A DNA stretch of 64,000 bases, taken from positions 9,424,001 to 9,488,000 of the forward strand of contig OZ004612.1 of assembly GCA_963924565.1 (NCBI GenBank), read 5' to 3'. A program made the translations under genes and the position numbers. The notes under the pieces are model-generated. The model was not told the origin of the DNA. It made no database searches and worked only from the letters and a program-made list of their open reading frames with translations. Of this stretch, positions 12,476 to 25,500 are shown in pieces (within the stretch, counting starts at the first letter, position 1; every line of letters starts with the position of its first letter). The stretch comes from Ascidiella aspersa. Its lineage: Eukaryota.

Positions 12476-15400
12476 ATGAACAAAAGTTCCAAAGTAAAGT
12501 AAGTTTTGATTTACACGGATTATAGCGTTTACGATAAACTTTCTAATTTACTTTGTAGATCTATACCCAAATCTGGCAAGCTAGCAAAATCCTTGGGTAC
12601 ATGTTTCATTTTATGCCTGCTTGCTGTGTCCGCATGGCTGACAGTTTTTGGTATGTTAGTTTAAAATCTGTGTCGTTTACATTGACTTAAGCTACGCAAT
12701 TTTCCCGGATAAACTGTGATTTTTGGTGTTTAGTTTATCAATCAACCTTACGTTCCAATTCAACGATACCTGATGAACGCCTCACATTTCGAATTTCAGG
12801 TAGGCAGTTTTCTTTCCCAAAATTACCTCATACCAGCATTTTTTTTGCCAAGACACAGACATTTTATCATTTATCTGTAAAACAAGTTCATTTAAAGGGT
12901 TTAGTCTTTAGTTTAAATTAGGACTTTGCAAAATAACGGGTTTGGTTTGCTAGTTTTGGTTTGCTATCATTTTATTAGTCCTTACAACAATATGTGCTAA
13001 AATGCGGTAACATTTGATCCATTTTAATTTTAAAGAGAGTGTAACAAATCAAATTTATTTGTACCTAACGCTGTAGTCCCTTACAGTTACTAACAACAAA
13101 CTACATTACTAACAGTGTAACTTTATCTTCACCCAAGTTGACAAGCCCGTGCTTGTATTCCATCATGGTTTACAATGTAATTAAGTATAGTTATCCAATA
13201 AATTGTTGTAACGGCGCATGTCGTAACGTTCAGTGTTTACAAGACTCGTAGAGTGATTGCTATGTTTTCTGTCACCGACAACTTTCGCTTTGGAATAAAG
13301 GAAGTGACTTGCATCTTTTAACACAATGGTAATATTGGAGTTAAAACGCTTTTATATATAAGGCACAAGGGCTTTTGGAAGCAGCAATCCACTTTTTCTT
13401 GTATCCAGCTGGGTATAGTTAACATTTCTAGTTGTTTTCTGAGTCATTTTGCTTCTGATTAAAATAGATTGGCCTTTTTTCAATTTTTTTTGCTTGATTA
13501 GTTGTTTAGCAATATATACTTCAACTGCGTAGGTTTTTAATATGCATATTCGGAAGTAATATTTGTTGATGTTTTCGTAGACGAGTTGTTACAAATTACT
13601 ACAGCATCAAAATCGAATGTTACACTCTGGTAAAATTGTTATTTTTTGCCAAACTGTGCCCAATTTGTCAGCCTGAAAACCGACAAAGCTTCGTCGATAA
13701 CACCCATAAATATGTTTCACAAATCTGCCATTGGGCGTTTAGAACGTTTCTGGTTAAACAAATTCTTAATCCACTCTTTACCCATGATTAAGAAAAGTCG
13801 CCCTTAAGCATACAGGTCTAACATAGTTACATGTGTAATGTTTCAGATTACCCAGCGGCATTTACCAACGAGAATGGGTCGCGGCCTTACGGCGAGGCTG
13901 GAGGTAAGTATAGACGAGGCTATAGCGCACGCCCCTCCCCATGTTTTATTGATAAGCCGCGTAATACCGGGTCATGTCGTGCGGTCGCGTTTCGAACAAC
14001 TGTAGCACGGCGAAGACAAGGATGTACACGTCAGTCGTCAGTTCATCTAATTGGATAAGCCTGCCACAAAAACACGCGTTCGAAATTGGTGAACCCTTGT
14101 TGGGTTTATGAACATCACATCAGTTTTTTCGGCTTACAAAAAATCGGGGTTAAAATAAGGATTCGTCTTAAACTTTATTAACCAAACTATTTAGTTAACG
14201 ATGAAACATAAAACATTAAGAAAATAGTAGGTAGGTTTTTCAAAAATATTGTTTTGTTTCAATTTTATTACCATTTTGTTTATATTTGCATTCGACAAAC
14301 TTTTCCCTTAATTCTGTTGACAGCAGGATAAATAGTTAACAGCAGTATTTTAGATGCATTAAGGAATTATGCCGCGAACCGTATAGTTTGATGACCACTG
14401 TATTAGTGTGATATTTCCGGCCTGAATTTAAATGGCTTACAAAGCAATGTGCGAAGTCCACTGTTCATGCTGTTTGCGATTCGAACAAAGGTGCAACAAT
14501 GCGTGAACAAACAAAGCGCGAAATAACAGTCAACGGCGCTGGCTCGTAAAGACGTGTACCCAAGTGCGCGCGATTATGATTTGCTTGTTTTGTCTTACGA
14601 ACAAGTACACGTTCAGTATTTTAATCAACCAAAACGCTTCATAGCTTCTTTCCTTTACGACCAGGCGTCAGTCATTTTCTATACGGAAAGTTACCGACGA
14701 TGGACGTCGGTCGACTGACAGAGCCCAGTTCTGAGGAAGCCACTTACCTTCGGCAAGACTGTGGCTCCACGTCCAGCCAGGTTTCTTACGCGTCCAACAT
14801 CACCGTCGGTAATTGCTTGATGGGCTTAGTCCGCTTAACAATTGCCCTCGCTATATTGTACGTGCTCGTGCGTAATTGCTTTACCCTGTTATTTACATGC
14901 TGTACGCGCTGCGCTTTAGTAAGCCTACCAAGGCGCTATATGCTAGGTAAACTATTATGTTATGCTTTTTAGTACAACATCGAATGAAAGTGGCGCGACC
15001 TTGCAATGCGAACGTGGAATTGTTTTTCAATTTTTTTATTCACTTTTGTAAATGGCGTTTGTAATCAGGCCGCATGACAAACTATTTCAGAAAATGCAAC
15101 AACTTCTGTTGTTTTTTCCCCCTAATTTTAAGTGATGCCGTGCTCTGGGCAGCGTGAAGCTGGTTGGTGACTGTTGATAACTTTCGTTTCGGTATAAACA
15201 TAAAAACTTTAAAGTGTTTATGTCCAAGGCGTTAGTAAAAAAAAACGTTTAATTAGTATAATACCTGAAGAAACAACACTTTTGTTAAACTAAAGCGAAA
15301 AACGCAATCAATGCTTGAAGTTTTTTGCACAGCGCAAATTATTTTTCTCAAAATTTCGTCTTAACTGTCATATGATTTGACAGTTCAAAAATGCCGTGTT

Positions 15401-18400
15401 AACGTCATGTAAAAACACGATTATTAACGCAACGTTGCATTCCTACAAACAAACTTGACTCCGCATTCAAATCAAATTCCCACATCAAAATACTATAATG
15501 ACTGTTACGAGGCATTGTAATATTTTGAAAAAACCTTCATTAGAACTAGATGCAAAACGTTATCGCTAATTGTTTTCTTTTCGTTTCGTTGCTCGCGTTT
15601 TTTCTTTTCATTTTTTAGTGTGTTTTCTATTTATTGTACGGGCGTTCAGTGTCATTCACCCTGACGAAGGCGACTTGCATAGGTTGCTGAAACGTTGGTA
15701 AAGATAACAATTACCAGAAAAGATTTTTGGGATTATTATTCAAGTACTATGGTGACACAGTTCAATTTTTTTTACGTCAGGTCGTTACGTGAATGCGTCA
15801 GGTGGTTTTCCATGGTCGGTACGTATCCTTGCGTCAGTGAACGCAACGGATTACGTGGTGGTGTGCGGCGGAGTAGTGGTGGGCCCCAGGTGGATCATCA
15901 CGGCTCGTCACTGCTACAAGAACGAACTCGCGTACACGTGAGTTGAACAACCGCTGGCTGTACAGGTTGCGATTTTTAAGGCCCGTTTACACTACAGCTG
16001 CACTGAGCGGAGCAAAGCGTAATTTGCTTTTAAATTTTATTGTTTCGGGCTTTTCACGCTTTGCTGAACTCAAACACCGTGCAGCTAGAAAACATACGCT
16101 TTAGAGCGATTTTCAAGCTTTGCTAAACTCAAGCCCAGTGCAGCTATAGAAAAGCGTTACGTTTTGGGGCGATTTTTACGCCTAGCTCAGCTAAGCGCAC
16201 CTGTAGTGAAAACAATTTTACGCTCAGCTCAGCGCAGCTGTAGTGGAAACGGGCTAACTCTTTAAATAATTAACCCACGGTTTTAGCATCTACGTGCATT
16301 ACGGCGGCAGAAAGGGTGGCAAGCTTTACAGGCACCGGCGTCTTTACGCCTATCCTGAATACAACGACATCTACAACCTAAACGACTTTCTTCTCGTCGA
16401 GTTGAAGGTTCGTCCAGACGTCTATTTAAAATGGACCTCTATACATGTCACCATTTTAATGTGTGTGTTTTTGAGTGATCACGTACCACAAACCCTATTA
16501 TGTGACTATAGTATTTACGATAAAGATATCGTTTATAAAATTGTTTGTCAAATAATGGGTCGTGACCCAAAATTGTGTTTAAATCCAGGAAACTCTGCCC
16601 ACTCGAGCGGAACCGGTATGTTTGCCCAATCCTGACGTAATACCGAGCAGCGGACGAAAGTGTGTCTTGGCCGGATGGTCGGGCGGCCCTCTGGGTAAAT
16701 ATACTTAGGATATAAAGTTAGACATGAACTGAACATTTTATCATTGCTTTAGATTATACAGTATATCCTCTTTTAAGCTATATAGAAGTTAAATTTAGTA
16801 GCTCTCTCTTTGTAATTTTGGTGGCTATTGTATAGTTATTTAACGGTAAACCAGAACATTTAAACCGGTGTTTCGTAACCTGTTTTCATTAACGCATCCT
16901 TTTGTTATTGTTCGATGCGTTCTGCCCCACTCAGACATTTAATACCAAAAACAATTTCATTGTTGTTTATCAGTGAGATAATTAAAAATGATTTTTCGTA
17001 ACTAGATTAGTTTTGCAAGGTTTAAGTGCACAGCCAGTGGCTGATTTAGGATGACTGTTTTGAGATGACTGTTTAGCTTTACAAGCTACGTGGTAACGTG
17101 ACGTCATAAAACGAACAATTATAATGAACATGTTGTTCGCGAGCGAACTCGTAGGCAATGCAGCGAGAGTTAAGCCATAATCGTGCAAAACGTAACAAAA
17201 CAAAGTTTGTTAGGTTTATATTGACTAAAACTGTAATTTAAATATAGCCTTTATACTTTCGAAAAAATAGGTATTTAAAAAACATGTCATATATAGTCTT
17301 TGAGTTTAGATGTCGTCAAAACAGGACAAACCGTAAATAAAATACCAAGCACACGATGCCACCGAAATCAGTAGAGCTAATCAGGATTTTCGTGCTAGAA
17401 AAACAACTAGACTGAGATCAGGTTCGAACTCACGACTTCCGGCCTAACCTGGACCGTCGCTCTACCGCAATGGTTCCTTACCTTTAATGGATTGCGTCAA
17501 CCCGAGAAAAAATAGTTAAACTGCGACACCCCTACTAGAATTTTCGTTAACTGGTTTACTGTAATGTTATAATAAACGAAACTGGAACGATACAAATCAA
17601 CTCTAAACAATGTAGAAGGGTATGTGTTGATTTATTGTACTCATACAAAAAGAGTTTCGTCAAAAGGTTTACCAGCTATAGCAAAATTCTAAATATTGCC
17701 AAATATCTCGTGGCACCCTTGAGCATTTTATTTTTGAACAGACCCCTGTTGAGAACCGACTGAGCTACGCAGGCTCAATGGGAGCTGGTTAAGAAACTAC
17801 CAAAGCAGTTTGCCTGCTACATCCATATCAAAGATTCGCGCGTTTGTTAAACCAAAAATAACAGTCAATTTGTACCTGATGTTCTATCTATAGTTCAAAT
17901 TGAGCGTAAACAGAAGCAAACATGCAAAGCACCAAAAAAATATCAAAGTTTAGTAGCCCCAAAACTCACTAACCGCAAAAAGTTATTATACATGCGTATT
18001 TACTATGGTATACCAATCACAAAACAGCAAAAAGAAGATTTAACTACAAGCGGACGACCAAGAAACTTATTACAAAGTGGTTAAATATTGTATCAAATCT
18101 CGTGCCCCCCAAGAAATAAAATATTATATTAAATCTCATACCCCTAAGAATTAAAATATCGTATTAAATCTCGTCCCCCTAAGAATTAAAATATTGTATT
18201 AAATCTTGTGCACCCTAAACAATAAAATAGTGTATTAAATCTCGTGCCCTTAAGAATTGATTGGCACCTTTTCTCGAATCGCCTGTTTTTCCTGAAAAGG
18301 CGACTCGCCCTTCAAGATGCTTTGGGTGGAGGTGGAAAGGCCCACAAGCTGCCAGTCCAGATACTGCGGACTCCTTTATGACGTCAACATGAACGTTTGT

Positions 18401-19670
18401 GACGTACAACAGCCTTCGGAAAGTTATCGAGAAACGCAAAGCCAGCACTGCCATGTAAGATAAACCTCACGACACACTCGTTTCCAGTGTTAAAAGTTCC
18501 AAATTGATTTAATTGTACACAGCTTTTTTCAACAATGTTGTTAGGGAAGATGATTCACTTCTGTAATTCATATCAATTTAGTCTTTGTTGAAGTTCTTTC
18601 AGGAGTGGTTACTACAGATTTTATCGATACCACTTGCATATAGTGCTTTAGAAAAACTGCACATGATATAATGTCCAAATTATTAGGAAGACATAAATTG
18701 AATATTTTGTCAAATTAAAGCTTTCTGTGGACGGAAATTACACATGAAGTGATGGCTTTCTTAATATTATGGTATTTTAACGAATTTATCAGTTTTTCAA
18801 CTGTCGGTAAAAAAAACAAATGGACCAATTTTGCCAATGTATTTGACTACCCTAAACTATAGTAAACTTTAAGTACTCATGACTAATGCTGGACTTTAGG
18901 TTTACCTCCGTGTATCCTTAGCGTTCATTGTAGAACTTTCAACTCCTCGTAAAACGATATAGCCGTCAAGATTTACAACAGACCAAAGGCCGCAAGAAGA
19001 AAAAAATCGCAGGCCTTATGCTAACGCTTATCTAAACCTTGTAACGTGTATACAACTCCGTGTATTTTAATTATTGATATCTGCGAGTTAGGATAAAAAA
19101 CCCTATAGAACAAAGGAGGGCAATTATTTTTGAAATGGACCGGGTTTTGAAATAGGATTTGACATATACATAATATGAAGTGTTAATAAAATAATTAAAA
19201 ATATCAGTGTTTTGACCAACTATAGTAAGAATAAAAAAAAAGTAAGTTTGCCTTACAGGCGTAATTTTTCCAATAACATTTTTTAATCAAGATAACGACC
19301 AACTGAGCGTAGTTGCCTATATAAGCAGGAGCGTACTACCGATATTTAGTTTTTTGCACGGCTGTTTAAAATGGAATTAACAAAGTGTAATTTGACTGTC
19401 AGTCGCTTTAATTTTAAAAGTTTGCTTGGACCATATGGTATACAAGCCCGCTTGACATTAAAGTTTTCACCCAAGGGCTTGTCTGGCAGTCCGCTCATGT
19501 GCATTGAACACGGCCGTTGGGTGGCGTACGCGGTCCTCGACTGGAGCGCGCCCAAGTGTGACCTCGCTAAAGGTCACGGCTTCGCGCTGACGTCGACAAG
19601 AATTCGTTGGATTTGCTGTCGCACGGGGTCGCACGAGATCACCGGTTGTTCGCAGATTCGTTGCGATTGA
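12476..19670 (+). CDS. Divergent S1A (trypsin/chymotrypsin-fold) serine protease with an N-terminal signal-anchor, 10 exons, ~371 aa
   Basis: Exons 12476-12498, 12559-12650, 12734-12799, 13847-13903, 14665-14808, 15781-15937, 16287-16407, 16589-16694, 18300-18454, 19476-19670 (1116 nt, all phases match). Motifs: FPW, CGGVVVGPRWIITARHC (His), NDFLLVEL (Asp), PVCLP, CVLAGWS, CHGLSGSPLMC (Ser). AATAAA at ~19763. Exons 1-4 are less certain than 5-10. Confidence 0.88.
15655..15702 (+). ncRNA. Minimal type-I hammerhead ribozyme motif (Penelope-like type) in protease intron 5
   Basis: TTCACC-CTGACGA-A-GGCGACTT-gcat-AGGTTGCT-GAAAC-GTT-GGTAAA: stem I 5 of 6 pairs, 8-bp stem II with G-U pairs, intact core. 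Confidence 0.7.
15980..16255. mobile_element. Palindromic MITE, PIF/Harbinger-like
   Basis: ~30-bp TIRs GCCCGTTTACACTACAGCTGCACTGAGC / GCTCAGCGCAGCTGTAGTGGAAACGGGC, TAA-like flanks and internal subrepeats. Confidence 0.75.
17405..17475 (-). mobile_element. tRNA-derived (SINE-head-like) fragment
   Basis: The minus strand reads GGTAGAGCGACGGTCCAGGTTAGGCCGGAAGTCGTGAGTTCGAACC (A-box-like, anticodon-like stem, B-box); no convincing acceptor stem. Confidence 0.5.
18081..18258. repeat. Minisatellite, ~35-36 bp x 5
   Basis: Unit approximately aaaatattgtattaaatctcgtgcccctaagaatt; the array ends ~40 nt before the acceptor of protease exon 9. Confidence 0.85.
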
Positions 19671-22139
19671 TTTTTTCACTACTTTAACAACGTTATGTGT
19701 GTGGTGTTGTTTTTTTTGTTCATTTTTTATACAGATGTACGGATATGCCTGTTTTGATATTAAATAAAGTTAAGCGACTATAGGTTAAACACACTTTATT
19801 GTTTTAACGCAAGATAGGATTGTTGTCGGGAAAAACAAGTGAAAGAAAAATCTCGCGTCCGCAAGCTTATTATCATTGTTAAGAGAAAAAATAAAAGCTA
19901 AATGTTTACTAAAAATGCATTGTTCGGCGTTGGCTAAATTCCGTTGGTAATTTTAAGCATACCGAATACCTACAAATGTTCTGTCGTTTACAAAAATCGA
20001 CTCCATAAATGTTCTGAATACAAACACAAAAATAAACAGTTTTTGCTTCGTTATATAACTTATAAACAATATTTTTATAATCAAATCGATCGTTTACAAA
20101 ATGGACGTCATTAAAATCGAATTCACCGTCTTCAAATTTACTCGCCGAAATAACAATTTGACAATTTTATTTCTTCCTGAGAATGACAGAACATTCATAA
20201 GAGGCAATAAAAGCACAAAATTACCTCAAAATAAATCATCCTATGTTGTTTTTATCAAATCGATTCTGGTAAATGCAATTTTGGCAGCACAAGTAGCGCG
20301 ATAACCATATTTCGAAAACGTTCTTCGTTTTCCGGCCTTTAAGCAATTTTTCAACAGGTGATTTTAAACAAAAAACTTACTAACGGACTGTTTCTCATCA
20401 CTATATCTCCAATGCAATTAAGTCAGGACCTCAGCGATATACGGGCGTTTTGTGGCTACTTAATTGTTTTTCGACGATCGGTACGGCTTAGGCTTGAGAG
20501 CGTTGCGGTTAGGACGGCTTATGGGACCGCCTCCAATTCCAGCACGATGCTATTGGCCTTCAAAGCTGTTTTCGAGGGCAACGGGCCACCAGTCATTCCC
20601 GAAATGCCAACGCTGTACAGCAGGTGGCCAAAAGGTGTTTGTTGCGCGCTGCGATCTCGGTCGTGTGTATCTCGTCAAGGCAAGTGGTCTTCGAAACTAA
20701 AGCTACAAAGCGGCCATTTTCTTTTCGACGCCGGTATCCAGCCGCTGTTTCAAGACGTTCACGATTATTGCACCTTTTAGTTAAATAACGAACAGCAAAA
20801 ACTGTTTATTTTTGTGTTTGTATTCGTGATAATTTTAAACAGATTTTTATGCCAGGGATTAGAGACGTATTTTAAATTACTACCTCTTGTCACTCGCCTA
20901 TCATATAGCCTACTTTATGTCGATTCGTGTTATGACGCTTAACATTAGTTTACAAAAAAATAAAATTCGTTAACCTCGCAGTTTAGCATTATAAGCCGAG
21001 CCGAATCCCCGATATTAATCTTAGCAGTTCCTGCGGTTACGCAAAAATCGGATCTTTGAGTTTGCTTAAGAAAGGCTCTAACCTTCATCCATAAACATTG
21101 GACTTTTCTGCACGTAAATGAATTTTAACAACAAATTCCGCAAAAGAATGGGGTATTATGCTCGGTCATCATTAGACGAAAAATAAATATTTAAGAGCGA
21201 CCAGTTGCAAATTTTGTGGAACGCCACCTTAAGCTAACTTTCGGACCCTTCACAAGTCGAGAATTGTATTCTCAATTGACGGACATCTATCCAGAATTAA
21301 TTGAAAACAGATTTATTTTTTCTTAAACGGATGTAGACAACAATAAAAGGTGGGTAACTCTCAGGCTGTATTAATCACATGAATGGCTGAAAACTAGGCC
21401 TACTTGTTCAAATAAGGGAAGAAACTGAAAATCTTAGTAATTAGAAATTAAATTAGACCTAAAGTTCAAACACACAAATCACCTATTATTTGATTAGTCG
21501 TTTAACATTGTAGTATTGGACAACTATAATAATTAGGCCAATTTATGCGCTGTGTCAGTCTTGATTACTTATTAAACGGTCGTTTGATTGTAGTTTGACT
21601 AATTAGATAGGACGCACAGCCCGCACTCCATTTCACATTAAAGTGCCAATAAAAAGCGCGTATTCCTTTAAATGTCGTTTCCCGTCGAGACACTATACAA
21701 TCGTGATATGGATTGCACGAAGTCGCGACCGGGTCCATGTGAATCAACATTCGATAGCGGCTCAACCCTCGAAGAGCTCGGCCCACACTCGATCCGCCCA
21801 CGAGCCCGTGGCGTTTTAATTAAAATTGCCGCGCGCTTGCCAGTTAGCAAATCGGAGAAGGCGCCCAACAATAACCCGCAATTGCCAAAGCAAGCGCTTT
21901 TCTGCGCTTTTTCCGCCTTGCTGACTCGAGCCTCGTAGATCTGCCGTAAGCGTTTTTAGTGGAACCGGCAGAGGCTTTTTAATCGCCTTGATTTGCCGGA
22001 AGGAATCGCCTAGCGGACTATTCGCTTACTCACGAAGACTGAAATCTTTCAAGCTGCCTATTTTGTTTCTGTCTTTGTTGTTTGAAAATCTGTCTGTCTA
22101 TACTTAGGTAATACGTGGCTTTTACTTAAGATTTACAAT

Positions 22140-22596
22140 CAATGAAAAGTGCACTTAAGTCACTCTGTTTTTAAATAACTTAACTTGACTCGAGTCATTG
22201 ATCAAAATAACTTGAATACTGAACTTAAGTTTTTTTAAGTAATGCCTTGACTTGTACTGAGTTATTTGAAAAATGAATTAGGTTTAAATTACATGTTTTC
22301 TGAAATATTTTTCCATAAAATTGGGTTATTTATATGGATGTTTGTGCGTGAAACAATTTTCATGCTGTTTATTGCGTTTTTGTGATATGTAGATGGCTCT
22401 TAATCGGATGACCAATTTTATTGGTTTAACGTTTTATTTTTATATCAATGACACAACTTGAAGTTGGCTTGCTGTAATAATTCCTTGATTGGAATGGGAC
22501 TTTGACTTGTTATTTTTGCAAATGACTTGACTTGGCCTTAACTTATTTTTCAAATTGAGACTTGAGTTATTTGAAAATGATTTGTTTACAACACTG
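22140..22596. mobile_element. GACTT-rich DNA transposon family, copy 2
   Basis: Colinear similarity with 7706-8160; ends TGATTTGTTTACAACACTG. Confidence 0.65.
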
Positions 22597-25500
22597 GGAG
22601 CCATGATTTTTGTTTGGTGGTTAGGAAGTTTCGTCAGAAACCTAAGTCATTTGTTGTGACGTCGTAAAGCAAGTACGGTAACCTTTAGAAGCCTCATGTC
22701 TCTAGGTAATCATGTTCAAACATATAACTTAAGTTAGTTATAATCACGACTATTGAATTTGGTTAACAATTAATTTAGAAGGAGACTTTATGTATTGGGA
22801 ACAACAATAAAGATTAGTAAACTTCAATAGCGTTTTTCAAAATAATTTATTTTAAGGTTGTTTATTCCTTTATCATATATTTAGTTAAAGTCAGCGAAAA
22901 ATGTAATTTAAATAGGTCTAAATACTTTCGTTGTTGTGTGTGAATATAGAAGAAAATCCATTAAAGGATATAGAAGAGAAAACCAATAAGACACAATTTA
23001 AAACCAGAAAGTTAATTTACTACTAGAAGAGAATTTTGACATTTACATATAGTTGAAGCTACCCAAAACTACACTTTTGGAGGAACCATAGCCTAGTAGG
23101 CTACCCATGCAAACTGGAAAGATTTGTGAGATGCTCTCTGATGAACAAAGCACAGTTTCAAAAGCCCTGAGTTAAACAACCGCACAAATAGCAATTTGAG
23201 AAGAGACGTAAAAAACATACGCAACAATACAATTGGATTATATTATCTAAAAACGCAAAGCCACAAATCACAGTTTTTGCAATTTAGGGTCTTTTCTTTA
23301 AATGAGTCATTCAATTTTTAAAATTATACAGCAAAATTTTAACCAGGCCTTTATGGACCCCATAAAACTAGCCGCGAACCCCAAGGAGTCCCCAGTTTAA
23401 ATATTTCTGGTCTAAAAACACCAAGAGCAGCGTGTAAGTCGTTCGAGGCAATCATATACGCGACGATATGCACTTGAGACCGGCGCGCCAGTCTTGAAGC
23501 CACTTGACCCCGCATATGCGATTGTTCTCGATACAGATTAGGCGGTTTGCAAACACTCAGACTTGCATTCCCCCGAGGTGTAATTGCCCCGTTAGCCCAA
23601 ACATATTCCTTGAATCGCTTCCTAAACATGTCACGCTTTCTTGCCGCGTCGCTACCGTACCTAAAAATATCATGACTGATAATATTCGGACAAGATGCTT
23701 TGTTTCTTTACTCGTTTGCTGTTCTGTAAATTTTATTGAAAGTCTGGATTTGAGGTTTACACAAGTGGTTCTAAGGCACACGTACCACTAGAGTGAAACG
23801 TGGGTTAAGTGGTTGAATCTTATGCGTAGGTATTATAATGAACATGTTTATTTTTTGGCGTTCATAAATTTGAGCAAAATGATTTGCGTATGAATCAGGT
23901 AGTACGCAGCTTAAAGACAGATCTACACAAATGTACTTAGTTCTGCTGTTTTGTGAAATGCTCTTTCGTTATAGAGGTGCCAACCATTTGTTGTACCTTA
24001 ATTGTTAATGTCATCATCAGATATATTTTTTTACTGCTGCATATTTGAGAGATATGCATGGCAACGTTTAATTGTTTGCATAGTCAAACAACAACTGTAT
24101 TTGCGCCATTCAAATTTTGTAGATCTCTATGATCTTTACATAATCAGTAGTTTGACAGTATCTTCGCAAACTGTGAATCAAAATAGACTGTTGACACAAA
24201 ATAACTGACTTTCTGTGACAAATAAACTGTACACTCGTATTTCTTATATTCTCCCACGCTTTCAAACGGTTTCCCATTGGGAGGCAAAATGCATCACATG
24301 GCAGACGAGATGCCACAAACAGCAAAACAAATGCTTATTGCATCGTTGGCTTTTCCTCTTTGGCTTTTTTGTATTTCTTACTTCAGCCATTGCAAGGCAC
24401 TTGTAAGGCGAAGATTTCAATGGGAACCCATCGAAAAACGAGGCGTGTACAGGATGACCCCAGTTATCCAGTCCCGGAATACCTATTTTAGCTACGCTCA
24501 CGTGAATATGACACCACTTCAAATTTATTTCTGCTTCGCCAAAGGCGGATCTTCGAAATTCGAAACGCGTCAATATTACTGAATGTCAAGCTCACAGAAA
24601 AAAAACTATTCGCTTGCCGCGCAAAGATGCTCTACTATATAGCCTACTCAAAAACACCCGGATCATTTGCATTTAGTAACCTTTAGGCCTACAGCGTTGT
24701 AAACAAGTTCCTGTATAGTCCGAGTCATTAACAGCAATTCTGCCCAGTCATTGACATTAAAACGAAATGGTAGAGCATAATTTGTAAACTGATTTGATTT
24801 CGCAACAATTCCCAACACACAATAAAAAACGAAACATATAAAGCGATCCAACTGGTTTATGTGTAAACAATTAGCATGAAAAAATAGGGAAAAAAATTGA
24901 TAAAAACAAAATCGTTGACGGCAGTGCAGCCTGTATAAATCATGAATGATTAATAACGGACGCCGATATTTCGCTATCAAAGTAAGGCAATTAATCTAGG
25001 ATCCCGCTGTTAACTTAATAAACAAAAATATATAATTTTTTAAAGGGATTAATCAACTTCCCTAAAGAGGTGGGTTTCCTTTCTCTTCAGCGTGAATGAA
25101 CCCAAATATTTTCCCAAAAGTATTTTGGGGAATTAACGTGGATCAGACAAAATATTGGCCGCTCTGTTACCCAACAGGTGCACATCAAACCGTAACAAAA
25201 ACAGCCTCGATACCTGAGGTCCAACTCCGAAGGACCGGTGCACTTTCAAGGCAAGCAAAGGGGGAAACGAGCGACGGGCTTTTACAGTTTGCCGCGGCTT
25301 TATCGTCGCAATATTGCCACTCTCTTACCACCAGCGTCCGCTGTTTATTCCGCCAGGCAGCGGCGCGCTATCGGGTTTCAAAATACGCGCGGCCATTGCC
25401 GGGGCGAGATGGCGAAAAAACTTGCCAGGGCCAGCTGTTGTTTTGCGAGGCGCGCGTGAACCTGCAATAGCGGGGTCAGTCGGTGCACTTGGCTCGCTAG

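Noticed and set aside
17405-17475. Functional tRNA gene
   Set aside because: No acceptor stem and a non-canonical anticodon loop; reported only as a tRNA-derived fragment.
17742-17845. Candidate extra protease exon after TTTTTGAACAG
   Set aside because: Stops in all three frames; GTTGAGAACCGACTG resembles a MITE end; the required PVCLP/GW exon is at 16589-16694.
18081-18258. 35-36 bp repeats as a CRISPR array
   Set aside because: Head-to-tail units with no unique spacers, in a eukaryotic intron, with no cas genes.
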